A stretch of 64,000 nt of DNA. Origin: Bdellovibrionales bacterium. GTDB lineage: Bacteria > Bdellovibrionota > Bdellovibrionia > Bdellovibrionales > JAGQZY01. The stretch covers positions 10,595 through 74,594 of the forward strand of contig JANPLN010000036.1 of the NCBI GenBank assembly GCA_031426555.1. The letters are read 5' to 3'. Below are positions 10,427 through 21,162 of this stretch, piece after piece. The position numbers and the translations under genes are program-made. Under the pieces are notes generated by a model, which saw nothing but the letters and a program-made list of their open reading frames with translations, ran no database searches and was not told where the DNA came from. How positions within the stretch are numbered: the first letter of the stretch is position 1; the number at the start of each line of letters is the position of its first letter.

Positions 10427-10897
10427 TCAATAGGGTAGAGATTGTTTCGCTTTTCGATACGCCTCATAAACAGCAATGGCCACAGCGTTGGAAAGATTTA
10501 AACTCCGAACCGATCCGAGCATGGGAATGGTCACCAAGTTCTCTTGATTTTGCTCCAAGACCTCTGCAGAAAGACCGCGAGTTTCTGGACCAAAAACAAG
10601 GGCATCACCTTGTTGAAAATTCACTTCAAAGAGCGACTTTTCAGTTTTTGTCGTGAAAAAATAACACTTCTTTTGGCTAAATGCATTTTGCCAATCTGGG
10701 TAGTTTTTATACTGAGTCAAGCTGAGGGTTTTCCAATAATCTAAACCCGCTCGTCGCACTTGCTTTTCCTTGAGCGAAAAGCCCAGCGGTTCGACAAGGT
10801 GCAAATGGCAATTCATGGCCACACAGGTTCTGCCAATATTTCCTGTGTTATGGGGAATTTCGGGTTCCACGAGAACCACATGAAAAAGATCCGTCAA
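10427..10897 (-). CDS. trmL: tRNA (cytidine/uridine(34)-2'-O)-methyltransferase, SPOUT family
   Basis: EPEIPHNTGNIGRTC, RRAGLDYW, FGPETRGL and RSLNLSN; TTG at 10897 overlaps the upstream stop (alternative GTG at 10906). Confidence 0.93.
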   Translation of the reverse strand: MTDLFHVVLVEPEIPHNTGNIGRTCVAMNCHLHLVEPLGFSLKEKQVRRAGLDYWKTLSLTQYKNYPDWQNAFSQKKCYFFTTKTEKSLFEVNFQQGDALVFGPETRGLSAEVLEQNQENLVTIPMLGSVRSLNLSNAVAIAVYEAYRKAKQSLPY

Positions 10898-11490
10898 AGA
10901 AAACAACTCACTTCGGAGCCGAGATTGGTCAAGGCCAGCCTTCGCCCCTTGTCCACGATGAGCTCTTTCGAAATGAGTTCCCTAGCAATGGCCAAATCTA
11001 TGGGAACCACCTCGCGACCTTTGGTTTTCGATAATTTTTGAATATAAAGTTTTTGTCGATCCGTAAGCCCCGCAACCAATGTTGGCACAACGGCAGACTC
11101 GTTCAACAGCTCTGGTTGAATCTCACCCGAGGTCATGAGAGTTTTTTCTGGGTTTAGACAGTAAGCATCAACAGACAGCTCCGCAAATTCTTCGTTATTG
11201 AGTCGAACTCGATCTTTAACCACAAAGCTCTTTGCCGACATTTTTTCCAGACCGCAACCGTTCAGAGCGTCAAATAACGCCCACTGCGTCTCCGGTATAT
11301 CCAATTGCACTAAAGTGCCTCGCACTAAGCGCTCCCCTTGATTCAAAATAAGGGAGAACCCACTTTGCAGTTGATAAAGGGAACCCTTGGCCATAGCAGG
11401 ACGTGATTGCCGAATAAAATTTTTAAAGCGGCCAAAGCAGGCTCCGCCTTCGTCGTAAACACCATAAAGAAAAAAGTTAAGTCCCACCAT
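10894..11490 (-). CDS. Gamma-glutamylcyclotransferase-like protein with C-terminal winged-helix-like segment
   Basis: FFLYG and GSLYQL...VRGTL patterns; C-terminal ARELISKELIVDKGRRLALT; ATG at 11490. Confidence 0.55.
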   Translation of the reverse strand: MVGLNFFLYGVYDEGGACFGRFKNFIRQSRPAMAKGSLYQLQSGFSLILNQGERLVRGTLVQLDIPETQWALFDALNGCGLEKMSAKSFVVKDRVRLNNEEFAELSVDAYCLNPEKTLMTSGEIQPELLNESAVVPTLVAGLTDRQKLYIQKLSKTKGREVVPIDLAIARELISKELIVDKGRRLALTNLGSEVSCFL

Positions 11491-11583
11491 AGAGGGGCGT
11501 ATATAACAAAGATCCGATTTTACCGCAAACGACGCAGTCAACGCAGGAGGTGTTGACAATATTTTACCGGACCCGGTCTTCCT

Positions 11584-11962
<379 letters not shown>

Positions 11963-11994
11963 ATTTTTAAACCTTTCGAACCAAGGAGTTCTGA

Positions 11995-13407
11995 ATGACA
12001 CCGCAAGAAAGTATTGATTACGCCCACAAGCAAGGCGCCCAAATGGTGGATCTCAAGTTCACCGATATGCTGGGTACATGGCAGCATCTTACAATTCCGC
12101 TTCACCAATTAAAAGATAGTATGTTTGAAGAAGGAATGGGCTTTGATGGCTCCTCTTGTCGTGGCTGGCGTGTGATCAACGAATCCGACATGGTGCTGAT
12201 GCCTGACCCAAGCACCGCAAAAATGGATCCGTTTGCAGAAATCCCAACCGTGTCGTTGTTGTGCGACGTTGTGATGCCCGAGACCTTAACTCCCTACGAT
12301 CGCGACCCCCGCCAGATCGCAAAAAAAGCTCTCGCTTATCTGAGCTCAACAGGTATCGCCGACACAGCTTATTTCGGCCCCGAAGCCGAGTTTTTTATCT
12401 TTGATGACATTCGTTACAGCCAAACACAGTACGGTGGTTTTTATCAAATTGATTCGGAAGCCGGTGAGTGGAACAGTGGTCGCGAAGAAGGTGGTTCAAA
12501 CCTTGGATTCAAGCCGCGACACAAAGGTGGATATTTTGCAGCCATGCCCATGGACAACCTCCACGACATGCGCACAGAAATTTGCCTAGAGCTCGAAAAA
12601 CTGGGCATGATTGTCGAGCGCCATCACTACGAAGTGGCGTGTGCACAATGCGAAATCAATTATCAGTTTAACGAAATCGTGAAATCTGCCGATGATCTCC
12701 AGTGGTTTAAGTATGTTGTGAAAAACGTAGCTCGCCGTCACAACAAAACAGCAACGTTTATGCCGAAGCCTTTGTACGGTGACAACGGTTCTGGGCAGCA
12801 CGTTCATATGTCTTTGTGGAAAGGTGGAAAAAACTTATTTGCGGGAAATCAGTACGCGGGACTTTCAGAAACTGCCCTTTTCTTTGTTGGCGGAATTTTA
12901 AAACACGCGCCATCGCTTTGTGGTTTTACCAATCCGATTACAAATTCCTACAAGCGTTTGGTGCCCGGCTTCGAAGCCCCCATTAAACTGGCTTACAGCT
13001 TTAAAAATCGTTCTGCGGCGGTTCGTATTCCAAACACTGGCGACAATCCAAAATCAAAACGCATTGAATTCCGCACGCCAGATTCTGGTTCCAATCCGTA
13101 TCTGTCATTTGCGGCTTTGTTAATGGCGGGCATTGATGGAATTCAAAACCGAATTCATCCGGGTGATCCTTTAGATAAAGACATCTACGGCCTTCCACCG
13201 CAAGAAGCGGCAAAAGTGCCGTCGATTCCTGGAACTTTGGATCAAACCCTCAACAACCTTTCCCTGAAGCATGACTTCTTGTTAAAAGGCGAAGTGTTTA
13301 GCAAAGACTTCATCGAAAATTGGATCACTTACAAAATGGAAAAGGAAGTGTTGCCAAATCAAATGCGCCCAACACCCTACGAATTCCACATGTACTACGA
13401 CCTCTAA
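11995..13407 (+). CDS. glnA: Glutamine synthetase type I
   Basis: FDGSS, FGPEAEFF, TFMPKP..GDNGSGQH, NSYKRLVPGFEAP and RIEFR; adenylylation-site-like DIYGLP. Confidence 0.98.
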   Translation: MTPQESIDYAHKQGAQMVDLKFTDMLGTWQHLTIPLHQLKDSMFEEGMGFDGSSCRGWRVINESDMVLMPDPSTAKMDPFAEIPTVSLLCDVVMPETLTPYDRDPRQIAKKALAYLSSTGIADTAYFGPEAEFFIFDDIRYSQTQYGGFYQIDSEAGEWNSGREEGGSNLGFKPRHKGGYFAAMPMDNLHDMRTEICLELEKLGMIVERHHYEVACAQCEINYQFNEIVKSADDLQWFKYVVKNVARRHNKTATFMPKPLYGDNGSGQHVHMSLWKGGKNLFAGNQYAGLSETALFFVGGILKHAPSLCGFTNPITNSYKRLVPGFEAPIKLAYSFKNRSAAVRIPNTGDNPKSKRIEFRTPDSGSNPYLSFAALLMAGIDGIQNRIHPGDPLDKDIYGLPPQEAAKVPSIPGTLDQTLNNLSLKHDFLLKGEVFSKDFIENWITYKMEKEVLPNQMRPTPYEFHMYYDL

Positions 13408-13443
13408 AAGGTACGCCGTACCTTTTAGTTGAGACTTGCGTCA
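13404..13443. repeat. REP-like palindromic element, copy 1
   Basis: Perfect 12-bp inverted repeat CTAAAAGGTACG-C-CGTACCTTTTAG; 13406-13443 matches 52033-52070 in reverse complement at 35/38 positions. Confidence 0.75.
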
Positions 13444-13470
13444 AAAAGGCTGCTCAGTGAGTGGCCTTTT
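13444..13470. terminator. Intrinsic terminator between convergent glnA and the downstream ORF
   Basis: AAAAGGCTGCTC-AGT-GAGTGGCCTTTT hairpin (two G-U pairs on the + strand) with A and T tracts. Confidence 0.7.
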
Positions 13471-13471
13471 G

Positions 13472-13810
13472 TTATTGATTGCCTACGTATTTTCGAGAAA
13501 TCCGCTTCATAAGAATACGCTGCAGGAAAATACCCACGAAAAAAAGTCCCACGATAAGTGCGCTTAGGTTGAGTCTACTAATCATCCATCGATCCGAAAC
13601 CAGAAAGTTTAAAAGTATTAGCGAAAAGATCCAATAGCCTGTCATGTTTCGATGGGATTCCAAAATAATTAACTTTTCGAACTCATCTGGAGACTTGGGT
13701 AGTTTATGTATTTTATTGGCCGCTATAGTTGTTAAGAAAAAGACTCCGCCGCCTAAAATAAGTGGGATCAATAAAAATAAAAAAATAATCATGTCCTTGT
13801 CCGTAAACAT
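13472..13810 (-). CDS. Small 3-TM membrane protein, XRE-associated
   Basis: Three hydrophobic segments; starts immediately after the XRE gene stop. Confidence 0.7.
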   Translation of the reverse strand: MFTDKDMIIFLFLLIPLILGGGVFFLTTIAANKIHKLPKSPDEFEKLIILESHRNMTGYWIFSLILLNFLVSDRWMISRLNLSALIVGLFFVGIFLQRILMKRISRKYVGNQ

Positions 13811-13811
13811 T

Positions 13812-14012
13812 TTAATCGCCTTTCTCTAATGCAAAAATATCTTCCACAGAAGTTCCCAATTCTCTCGCAATCTTTAATGCCAGAAGCACGGATGGCTTAA
13901 ACATCCCGCTCTCGATGGCGTAGATTGTTTGTCGGCTCACACCACAGGCTTCGGCCAACTGATTTTGGTTGAGATTGAGTTTTTCTCGAAGAACTTTTAC
14001 TTTTTGCTTCAC
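13812..14012 (-). CDS. XRE/Cro-family HTH transcriptional regulator
   Basis: LREKLNLNQNQLAEACGVSRQTIYAIESG..PSVLLALKIA (HTH_3). Confidence 0.92.
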   Translation of the reverse strand: MKQKVKVLREKLNLNQNQLAEACGVSRQTIYAIESGMFKPSVLLALKIARELGTSVEDIFALEKGD

Positions 14013-14016
14013 AAAA

Positions 14017-14058
14017 GTAAAGTATACTTGTCGTTTTATTGGGTCAAGTATACTTTAC
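14017..14058 (-). promoter_or_regulatory. Double operator overlapping the promoter of the XRE operon
   Basis: Perfect 14-bp inverted repeat GTAAAGTATACTTG / CAAGTATACTTTAC, each arm containing palindrome AAGTATACTT; overlaps TTGACC-N17-TACTTT, which lies 6 nt before GTG. Confidence 0.75.
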
Positions 14059-14075
14059 ATAAAAATGGCAAAAGA

Positions 14076-15221
14076 CTACTTCTTTACAAGAACAGAGACC
14101 AATTCAACGTGTGGAGTGTTAGGGAATTGATCCACTGGAAGGACTTCGCTGAGACGCCAATCCCTTTGAATCAGACCGCGGATATTCTGCGCCCATTGAT
14201 AAGGCTCGCACGACACGTAAATAATTTTTTTAAGGTTCGGAAAGTTTTCCACATACTTTTCCAACAGATTGAATCCCTCACGAGGAGGATCTAGAAACAT
14301 CAGCTCTGCAGACTTGACGTGCGAGGGCATGTGGGTCCACTGCGCAGGATTATACAAGTCCAAAGTAAAACCGCGAACGCCTTGCCAGCCCTGCGCTTGC
14401 AGATTTTGCACGGCCTGCTGGTCCATCTCTGCACTGAAAACCGCAGCAAAGTTTTCTTCCACAAAGACACGGGTAAAATTGCCCGAGCCCGCGAACAATT
14501 CTACAACCGGCGTTTTTTTATTTTCGCTCCGAAGTTTCTGTTGCAACCAGGTTTTCATAAATTGATTTTGCTCGTCGTTGGCCTGACGGAATTCCCGGCG
14601 TTGATTTAAAATCACCGACGTCCCATCAACGTCCTCATCAATATCAATATAATTCCACAAATACGGCGGCTTTGGTTGCCAGTTTTGGTTTGGCAAGGAC
14701 GTGCGAAGTTCTTTGAGAGTTTGACGATTTTTCTCTGTGAGAATCACACAGTTTTGCACGTCCGCAATCACTTTACTGCCAGGAGAAACATAACCTAGGC
14801 TTTTGCCATTTGTTTTAACTTGCGCGCGATTGCGATAACCCAACGTTTTGTGAGATCGCTGGATCGGTAAAACTTTTGTAAGCTCACTGAGAAGCTGATT
14901 TTTTTCCAGCAAATACTGGATTCGTTTTTGTTTATAAAAAAGTTGTGACTCGTAGTTGGCAATCATCCAAGAGCAGCCACCACAGAGGCCGTCCTGCCAT
15001 CCTAGGTGTGGACATGCTGGCTCCTGCCGATCCGGCGATGGCACAGTTAATTGCGCAAGGCGAGCGGTGCCGTATTTTTTTTGTCGCGCTTCAACAATAA
15101 ACTCACCCTCATCGCCTGGCCACGCACCTCGCACGAAAAATACCATGCCCGAGGGGTGGTCTACAACGCCGTGTCCCTCAGACGAAATGTCGCGAATGCG
15201 CCCTTTGAAAATCTCTTGCAT
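14076..15221 (-). CDS. RlmD/RumA-family RNA m5U methyltransferase with TRAM domain
   Basis: CPH....CGGCSW Fe-S motif, YRNR, FRQAN, ELFAGSGN, LDPPREG, YVSC and DQFPNTPHVE. Confidence 0.9.
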   Translation of the reverse strand: MQEIFKGRIRDISSEGHGVVDHPSGMVFFVRGAWPGDEGEFIVEARQKKYGTARLAQLTVPSPDRQEPACPHLGWQDGLCGGCSWMIANYESQLFYKQKRIQYLLEKNQLLSELTKVLPIQRSHKTLGYRNRAQVKTNGKSLGYVSPGSKVIADVQNCVILTEKNRQTLKELRTSLPNQNWQPKPPYLWNYIDIDEDVDGTSVILNQRREFRQANDEQNQFMKTWLQQKLRSENKKTPVVELFAGSGNFTRVFVEENFAAVFSAEMDQQAVQNLQAQGWQGVRGFTLDLYNPAQWTHMPSHVKSAELMFLDPPREGFNLLEKYVENFPNLKKIIYVSCEPYQWAQNIRGLIQRDWRLSEVLPVDQFPNTPHVELVSVLVKK

Positions 15222-15272
15222 GCCTCTTGTATAGTACGTTACCTCTGATCTGACATCAAAAAAGGGGAGATC

Positions 15273-16286
15273 ATGGAAGCTATTACATTTGACGATATAT
15301 TATTGGTGCCTGGCTACAACCATCACATGTCTCGAAGAGACGTGGAAACCAAGGTCACCGACAAATCCAACAAACTCACTCTCGAGCTTCCCGTCATCTC
15401 CGCCAATATGGATACCATCACCGAAAGTGAAATGGTCAATTTCATGGGAAAAAACGGAGCCATGGGGTCGCTCCATCGCTTTATGGACATCGAAAAAAAC
15501 GTCGAAGAATTTAAAAAATGTAAATTTCCAACTTTTGTTTCTGTCGGAGTGAGTGAATATGAACTAAAAAGAGCGGTTGCTCTTGTTGAGGCTGGAGCCG
15601 ATTATTTTTTAATCGATGTGGCCCACGCCCATGCCCAGTACGTGGGAAAACAAATTAAACATTTACGCGAAGTGATTAAAGACCGCTGTTTGGTTGCCGG
15701 CAACGTGGCCACCTACGCCGGCGCCGATTATCTCGCCGCTTGCGGTGCAGATATCATTAAAGTGGGAATCGGTGGAGGTTCTGCCTGCACGACCCGTATC
15801 AAAACAGGATTCGGCGTGCCCACATTGCAAAGTATTAAAGAATGTTCTCGAGTGGATCGTTCCATCATAGCTGATGGTGGTTTGCGCACTCCTGGAGATA
15901 TTGTTAAAGCTCTCGCTTTCGGCGCTGATTTCGTGATGATCGGTGGAATGCTCTCGGGCACAACTCCAACTCCGGGCGCTGTTGAGACACTTGCAAATGG
16001 CGACCAAGTCAAATCCTACCGTGGAATGGCGTCGCTTGAAGCTGTTGAGGACCAATTTGGCTCCATGCCCGAGTGGAAAACTGCGGAAGGCGTGGCTTTC
16101 AAGGTACCTTACCGCGACAACCACGAGTCCATCATGGCCGATATCCGTGGAGGTCTTCGCTCTGGGCTTACTTATGCCGGTGCAGTAAATGTGAAAGAGC
16201 TTCAACGCAAACTCTCATACAATGTGATTACAGCAGCTTCGCAAAAAGAAAGCGGCGCCCACGGCCTCGACCGCGCCAAGCGCTAG
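15273..16286 (+). CDS. IMP dehydrogenase / GMP reductase family protein lacking CBS domains
   Basis: SANMDT, DVAHAH, AGNVAT, GIGGGSACTTR, ADGG and YRGMAS; GuaB versus GuaC not resolvable by eye. Confidence 0.88.
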   Translation: MEAITFDDILLVPGYNHHMSRRDVETKVTDKSNKLTLELPVISANMDTITESEMVNFMGKNGAMGSLHRFMDIEKNVEEFKKCKFPTFVSVGVSEYELKRAVALVEAGADYFLIDVAHAHAQYVGKQIKHLREVIKDRCLVAGNVATYAGADYLAACGADIIKVGIGGGSACTTRIKTGFGVPTLQSIKECSRVDRSIIADGGLRTPGDIVKALAFGADFVMIGGMLSGTTPTPGAVETLANGDQVKSYRGMASLEAVEDQFGSMPEWKTAEGVAFKVPYRDNHESIMADIRGGLRSGLTYAGAVNVKELQRKLSYNVITAASQKESGAHGLDRAKR

Positions 16287-17755
16287 GCCTGGCTAAAGGC
16301 TTTTCCGTCGAAGGAGACGATGGTGTCTTTGCCATCGAAACTTGTAGAGATATGCACGGGACGCTTCCAGATTTTATGTAAATTGCGAAGTGTTTCTTCC
16401 ATGTAGTTCTGCTGCATTTCAACGCCCTCAAACAGGTGGCGTAGGAGTAACTCTCCGCGATTTTTATGATTGGCGTTTTCAACGTGGATAATGGGTTGCC
16501 CAAAATTTGTTAGCTGAAACAATAACTGCTTTTTCACCGACGGAAACTGTCGAGTGTCCACCTCGTACTGCCCGGTTCTTTGGTTAAAGCGATAAACAAA
16601 CATTTTGTTTTGTACACAAAACTCTTCAGTCAAAAATTCATCAATAAATGTTACGTCGTTGTAGTCGCGCCGTACTTGGAATATTTTTTCACGTCCTAAA
16701 CCTAATTTTTTATCCCAATTTTTACGCTCGGCGATATCATTACAATCGTTCCACTCTTTACCAAATTGACCTTTGTTCCAGCGCTCTTCTATGTTGCGAA
16801 ATAATTCAATCCCAACTTTGTACGGATTAAAGCTCGTCGGTGACATAGCTAACGTTCCTGCACAAGCGTCTGCGTAATCAATCACTTCGCTATCGGCCAA
16901 AATCTTTTCAGTCATCATTTTGGAATGCCAATAAGAAGCCCAGCCCTCATTCATAATCTTAGTCATCCCTTGCGGCACATAGTAATAGGCTTCCGCGCGA
17001 ACAATCGACAACACATCCTGTTGCCAATTTTTTAAGGGGGCATGATTCATCAAAAACAGGAGCACATCTCTCTCGGGACGCTCTGGGAACTTATTTCGTT
17101 CGTCCACACCCTGTTCGTCGTGGTTCTCAGCACCCGCCCGAAATTTAGCCGCCGAACTAATATATTCGTCCAAAAACTCCTTACCACTCGTGAAAAGTGA
17201 AGTTTTTTGCTGCTCTTCAAGCTCTACAACATTGGATTTAAAAGTTGGCTTATACGGACTATAGCGATCAATTAAATTTTCGATGCTCAGACAATGATCA
17301 ATAAATTTTTCGACCTCGTCCAAACCATAACGATCGATGTAGCGGCGAATCCGCGTGGCATGATTGGCCATGGTGTCCATCATTTTGCGATCGGTGGGTT
17401 CGAACCATTTGTTATTTTTAAAAAAATCGCAATGGCCATACATGTGCGCCATCACCAATTTTTGATCTACAAGCCGATTGCCTTCCATCAGGTAGGCGTA
17501 GCAAGGATTGTTGTTAATCACCATTTCGTAAATTTTAGAAAGTCCATATTCGTAGCTTTTAGAGAGTCGCTCGTACTCCATGCCAAAGCGCCAGTGCGGA
17601 TAACGCACAGGAAATCCTCCGTAAGATGCAAACTGGCTCATTTGATCGTAATTAATGAGCTCAAAAATAGTCTCATAACAATCGAGACCAAAGTCCTCAG
17701 AAATTTTAAGAATTTTTAAACGTGCTTTTTCAAGCTCTGGCGTGAGATTGGCCAT
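16283..17755 (-). CDS. spoVR: SpoVR family protein
   Basis: RYPHWRFG, IYEMVINN.PCYAYL, HMYGHCDFF and TKIMNEGWASYWH. Confidence 0.95.
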   Translation of the reverse strand: MANLTPELEKARLKILKISEDFGLDCYETIFELINYDQMSQFASYGGFPVRYPHWRFGMEYERLSKSYEYGLSKIYEMVINNNPCYAYLMEGNRLVDQKLVMAHMYGHCDFFKNNKWFEPTDRKMMDTMANHATRIRRYIDRYGLDEVEKFIDHCLSIENLIDRYSPYKPTFKSNVVELEEQQKTSLFTSGKEFLDEYISSAAKFRAGAENHDEQGVDERNKFPERPERDVLLFLMNHAPLKNWQQDVLSIVRAEAYYYVPQGMTKIMNEGWASYWHSKMMTEKILADSEVIDYADACAGTLAMSPTSFNPYKVGIELFRNIEERWNKGQFGKEWNDCNDIAERKNWDKKLGLGREKIFQVRRDYNDVTFIDEFLTEEFCVQNKMFVYRFNQRTGQYEVDTRQFPSVKKQLLFQLTNFGQPIIHVENANHKNRGELLLRHLFEGVEMQQNYMEETLRNLHKIWKRPVHISTSFDGKDTIVSFDGKAFSQA

Positions 17756-18849
17756 TAGCGTGCCTTTCCCAGAAAGTCTTTGATGGACCCTAAGATGTGT
17801 TCTTTGTTTTTGATGCGACTTAAAACAACCTTTTCTTCAGCCGGGAATTCTTTTTCCAGATCTTTGTAAAACTGTCCACTGCCATATTTACTTTCTACCT
17901 GCCCGTAACCAAAAAAATTAACTTTTGGAAGAATTTGTTCCTGCAAAAAACGCATACACATTTTTGTGTCGTCACTGCTCCAATTGTCACCGTCACTAAA
18001 ATGAAATGGATAAATATTCCACTGGTCGGCTGGGTAATCACGCTCGATCATTTCATAACATAGCTTATAGGCAGAGCTGATCAACGTGCCGCCCGACTCG
18101 CTTGTTTTAAAAAAAGTGTCTTCATCCACTTCTTTTGCTGCAGCGTCGTGTACAATAAAACGAGTTTCCAAACCTTTGTAATGTTTTTTAAGCCAGGTAT
18201 TAATCCAAAAGCTTTCAAGGCGAACGATTTCTTTTTGCTCTTCGCCCATGGAACCCGAAACATCCATTATATAAATCACCACAGCATTAGCTTGGGGCTG
18301 CTCAACTTTCTTAGCAGAACGGTAACGAAAGTCTCCCCGAATTGGAATAACCACTGGATTTTTGGGATCGTAAATTCCGCTGGAAATATACCTTTTGAGT
18401 GCCCTCTTGTAAGACGACTTAAAGTGCTTCAGAGAGTCAGGCCCCGTTGGTGCCATGCCCGTGTAATTATTCTTTTCGCTCTGGATCTTTCCGCCCTTAG
18501 GTTCGATGCGCGGAAGCTGAAGCTCTTCACCTAAAATGTCTGCAAGTTCATCAAAGGAAATATCTACTTCGAGACTGTGTTCACCGGGATCGCTTCCCGC
18601 CTGGCCTTGACCAGGTTGCGCCTCGCCGCCCACAGGATCACCATCTTTGCCGTCGCCTTGGCCCACGCCACCCTGTTGCTTGGGGCCGTATTTAAAACGC
18701 GGAATATCGATGTATGGCACCGGGATTTTAACATAGTCTTTTTCGCGTTTTCCAATAAGTTCATCATGCGTGACGTATTTTTTAAAATTCTCACGAATTT
18801 TACCACGCACGATATCTCGAAAACGTCCCTGATCGCGTCGGATAGACAT
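17755..18849 (-). CDS. yeaH: YeaH/YhbH (DUF444) vWA-like protein
   Basis: [17 protein letters not shown] and FHFSDGDNW; located between prkA and spoVR. Confidence 0.93.
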   Translation of the reverse strand: MSIRRDQGRFRDIVRGKIRENFKKYVTHDELIGKREKDYVKIPVPYIDIPRFKYGPKQQGGVGQGDGKDGDPVGGEAQPGQGQAGSDPGEHSLEVDISFDELADILGEELQLPRIEPKGGKIQSEKNNYTGMAPTGPDSLKHFKSSYKRALKRYISSGIYDPKNPVVIPIRGDFRYRSAKKVEQPQANAVVIYIMDVSGSMGEEQKEIVRLESFWINTWLKKHYKGLETRFIVHDAAAKEVDEDTFFKTSESGGTLISSAYKLCYEMIERDYPADQWNIYPFHFSDGDNWSSDDTKMCMRFLQEQILPKVNFFGYGQVESKYGSGQFYKDLEKEFPAEEKVVLSRIKNKEHILGSIKDFLGKAR

Positions 18850-18858
18850 CGACTCTCC

Positions 18859-20931
18859 CTACTTGTTCTCTTTCACATCTCCTCGAGCAAAAATGCTCGC
18901 CACATACTGCAATACATCTGTTGCCGAGATTTCGTCGTAGCCAAAATCCTTGATCAGACGTCCTTTGACGATGTCGATTTTTTCTTGAGTTTCTTTATCG
19001 ACTTCGGAAGTAACAAGGGATGTAAGTTTAATGCTATCTTTTTGATCTTCGAACAATTTAAGTTCCAAAGCTTTGTGCAGACGCTCGTTCATTTTGTAAT
19101 CGAACTTTTTACCCTCGAGAGCATTGGCGCCAATGTAATTCATAATTTCGCGTCTAAAATCGTCTTTGCGTGATTCCGGAATATCGATTTTCTCTTCGAC
19201 AGCGCGCATGAGTCTTTCATTAGGTTCTTCATCTCGACCGGTGAAAGGATTTTTAACGCGCTCTCGCTGCGTGTAGGCCTTCACGTTGTCGATGTAGTTT
19301 CCACACAGACGCGCGAGGGCTCCTTCATCGGCACTGATCGCCCGTTGAACTTCCGATTTGATCATCTCTTCGTATTCTTTACGGACAACGTCGATCAGTT
19401 CTCGATACTCTTTTTTAAGCTCTTCGTTAGAAAGTAACGAGTGGTGCTTGAGGCCCGATTCGAGCTCGTTGAGAACCATAAACGGATTCACCGAGCCGCG
19501 ATTGTTCTGTTGCGACTGAATCAGTGAATTTGAAATCTTATCTTGAATATAGCGTGGAGAAATACCCTCAAGTCCCTCGCGAATTGTATCTTTTCGCAAT
19601 TCCTTGATGTTGTCTTCGGTATAGTTAGGCAACGTTTTACCATCATATAACTTCATTTTTTGTAAACGCGTGAGGTTGGCCTTTTTTGGCTTTTCTAAAC
19701 GCGTAAGTACCGCCCACATTGCTGCCACTTCGATGGTGTGCGGAGCAATACTAATTCCACGAATGCGCTTTTTGTTAAAATCTTTCTCGTAGATTTTTAC
19801 TTCTTCGCGAAGCTTCGTTATATACGGAATATCAATTTTTACCGTTCTATCGCGAAGGGCTTCCATAAATTCATTGTTTTGCAACTTGCGATATTCGGGT
19901 TCGTTCGTATGACCAATAATCACTTCATCAATGTGCGTTTGTGCGAATTTTTTTGGTTTTACAACGTGCTCTTGCGAAGCGCCGAGAAGGTCGTACAAAA
20001 AGGCAACATCCAGCTTGAGCACTTCAACGAACTCGATCATCCCGCGGTTTGCAACGTTAAATTCACCGTCAAAGTTAAAGGCGCGTGGATCCGAATCGGA
20101 TCCGTACTCTGCAATTTTTCGGTAATTCAAATCGCCAGTTAACTCGGTACTGTCTTGGTTCTTTTCGTCTTTTGGTTGAAAAGTACCAATTCCGATTCGA
20201 TCAGATTCGCTGAGCACCATGCGCTTAACGCGAACGTGCGATAAGACCTTGGAAAGATCGCCATTGTAGCGCTCCATTAGGCTTCTAAAAATAAAGCGAC
20301 TTGGTGGAGATAGCTCTCCTTCGATTTTGATTCTATATTCGCCTTGCATTCCGCGATTGATTTCTTCTTCCACTTTTCCGCGCAATGCCATGGGAATTAA
20401 TAACAGTGGCTCCTCATGCATGGGGCTTACGATGCTCTTAACGTTGGCGCCTAACAAGCCATCTAGGGTTCCCGCTTCGTCCACCCATTCAAATGTATAA
20501 AGGGCGCCCGATTCGCTGCGAGAATATTTTTCGAGGCCTTTTTTAAGTCTTCGGCAAATTGTCGACTTTGCACTTCCCACGGGTCCGTGAAGAAGGATGA
20601 CACGCTTTTCAGTCCCATAACCTAGGGAAGCTGCCTTAAGCACATTCACAAGTTTCATCAACGGGATATCGAGACCAAAGACGCCGTCTTTGCCGTCGTT
20701 TTCTAAATCATCAAAAAAGTGATATCGGGAAACTTTCTTTTTTGTATCGACATAATCTGAAGAGCCGTGCTCCACGATCATATCGTACATTCTTTGATAA
20801 GCATTTCGGGTGATCTTCGGCTGCACCTTGATCATTTTTAAATAGTCGTCGAAACTTCCATGCCAAGTGAGGTCTTTGAAGTCTTCACTGCCCTTCCAAC
20901 CCTTTAGAATATCCGTTAGGCTGATTGTCAT
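18859..20931 (-). CDS. prkA: PrkA/YeaG family AAA serine protein kinase
   Basis: [11 protein letters not shown]alker [21 protein letters not shown] and [19 protein letters not shown] before ATG 20931. Confidence 0.95.
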   Translation of the reverse strand: MTISLTDILKGWKGSEDFKDLTWHGSFDDYLKMIKVQPKITRNAYQRMYDMIVEHGSSDYVDTKKKVSRYHFFDDLENDGKDGVFGLDIPLMKLVNVLKAASLGYGTEKRVILLHGPVGSAKSTICRRLKKGLEKYSRSESGALYTFEWVDEAGTLDGLLGANVKSIVSPMHEEPLLLIPMALRGKVEEEINRGMQGEYRIKIEGELSPPSRFIFRSLMERYNGDLSKVLSHVRVKRMVLSESDRIGIGTFQPKDEKNQDSTELTGDLNYRKIAEYGSDSDPRAFNFDGEFNVANRGMIEFVEVLKLDVAFLYDLLGASQEHVVKPKKFAQTHIDEVIIGHTNEPEYRKLQNNEFMEALRDRTVKIDIPYITKLREEVKIYEKDFNKKRIRGISIAPHTIEVAAMWAVLTRLEKPKKANLTRLQKMKLYDGKTLPNYTEDNIKELRKDTIREGLEGISPRYIQDKISNSLIQSQQNNRGSVNPFMVLNELESGLKHHSLLSNEELKKEYRELIDVVRKEYEEMIKSEVQRAISADEGALARLCGNYIDNVKAYTQRERVKNPFTGRDEEPNERLMRAVEEKIDIPESRKDDFRREIMNYIGANALEGKKFDYKMNERLHKALELKLFEDQKDSIKLTSLVTSEVDKETQEKIDIVKGRLIKDFGYDEISATDVLQYVASIFARGDVKENK

Positions 20932-20981
20932 TGTCCCTCCTTGGTGTAGTTTGGAAGCTTCCGACACAAGCTCTTAGTCTT

Positions 20982-21010
20982 ATTATGCACCATCTGCATT
21001 TGAGACTCAA
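20982..21010 (-). promoter_or_regulatory. Sigma70-like promoter of the prkA operon
   Basis: TTGAGT-N17-CATAAT. Confidence 0.45.
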
Positions 21011-21162
21011 TTTTAGTCCGTATGTGTCTCGCTTTTCGCTCTATCTTTAGACACTGGTCTAGGCATAAAGAAACATTGAGATTTGTTATGGTCTATAGAA
21101 GCAATTGTTATACGGAGAGACTCAAACCTTCAGTTAACCAATGCCTGAATTGTTTCAAGCTC

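Noticed and set aside
16283..20931. prkA-yeaH-spoVR as a novel system
   Set aside because: Well-known conserved triad
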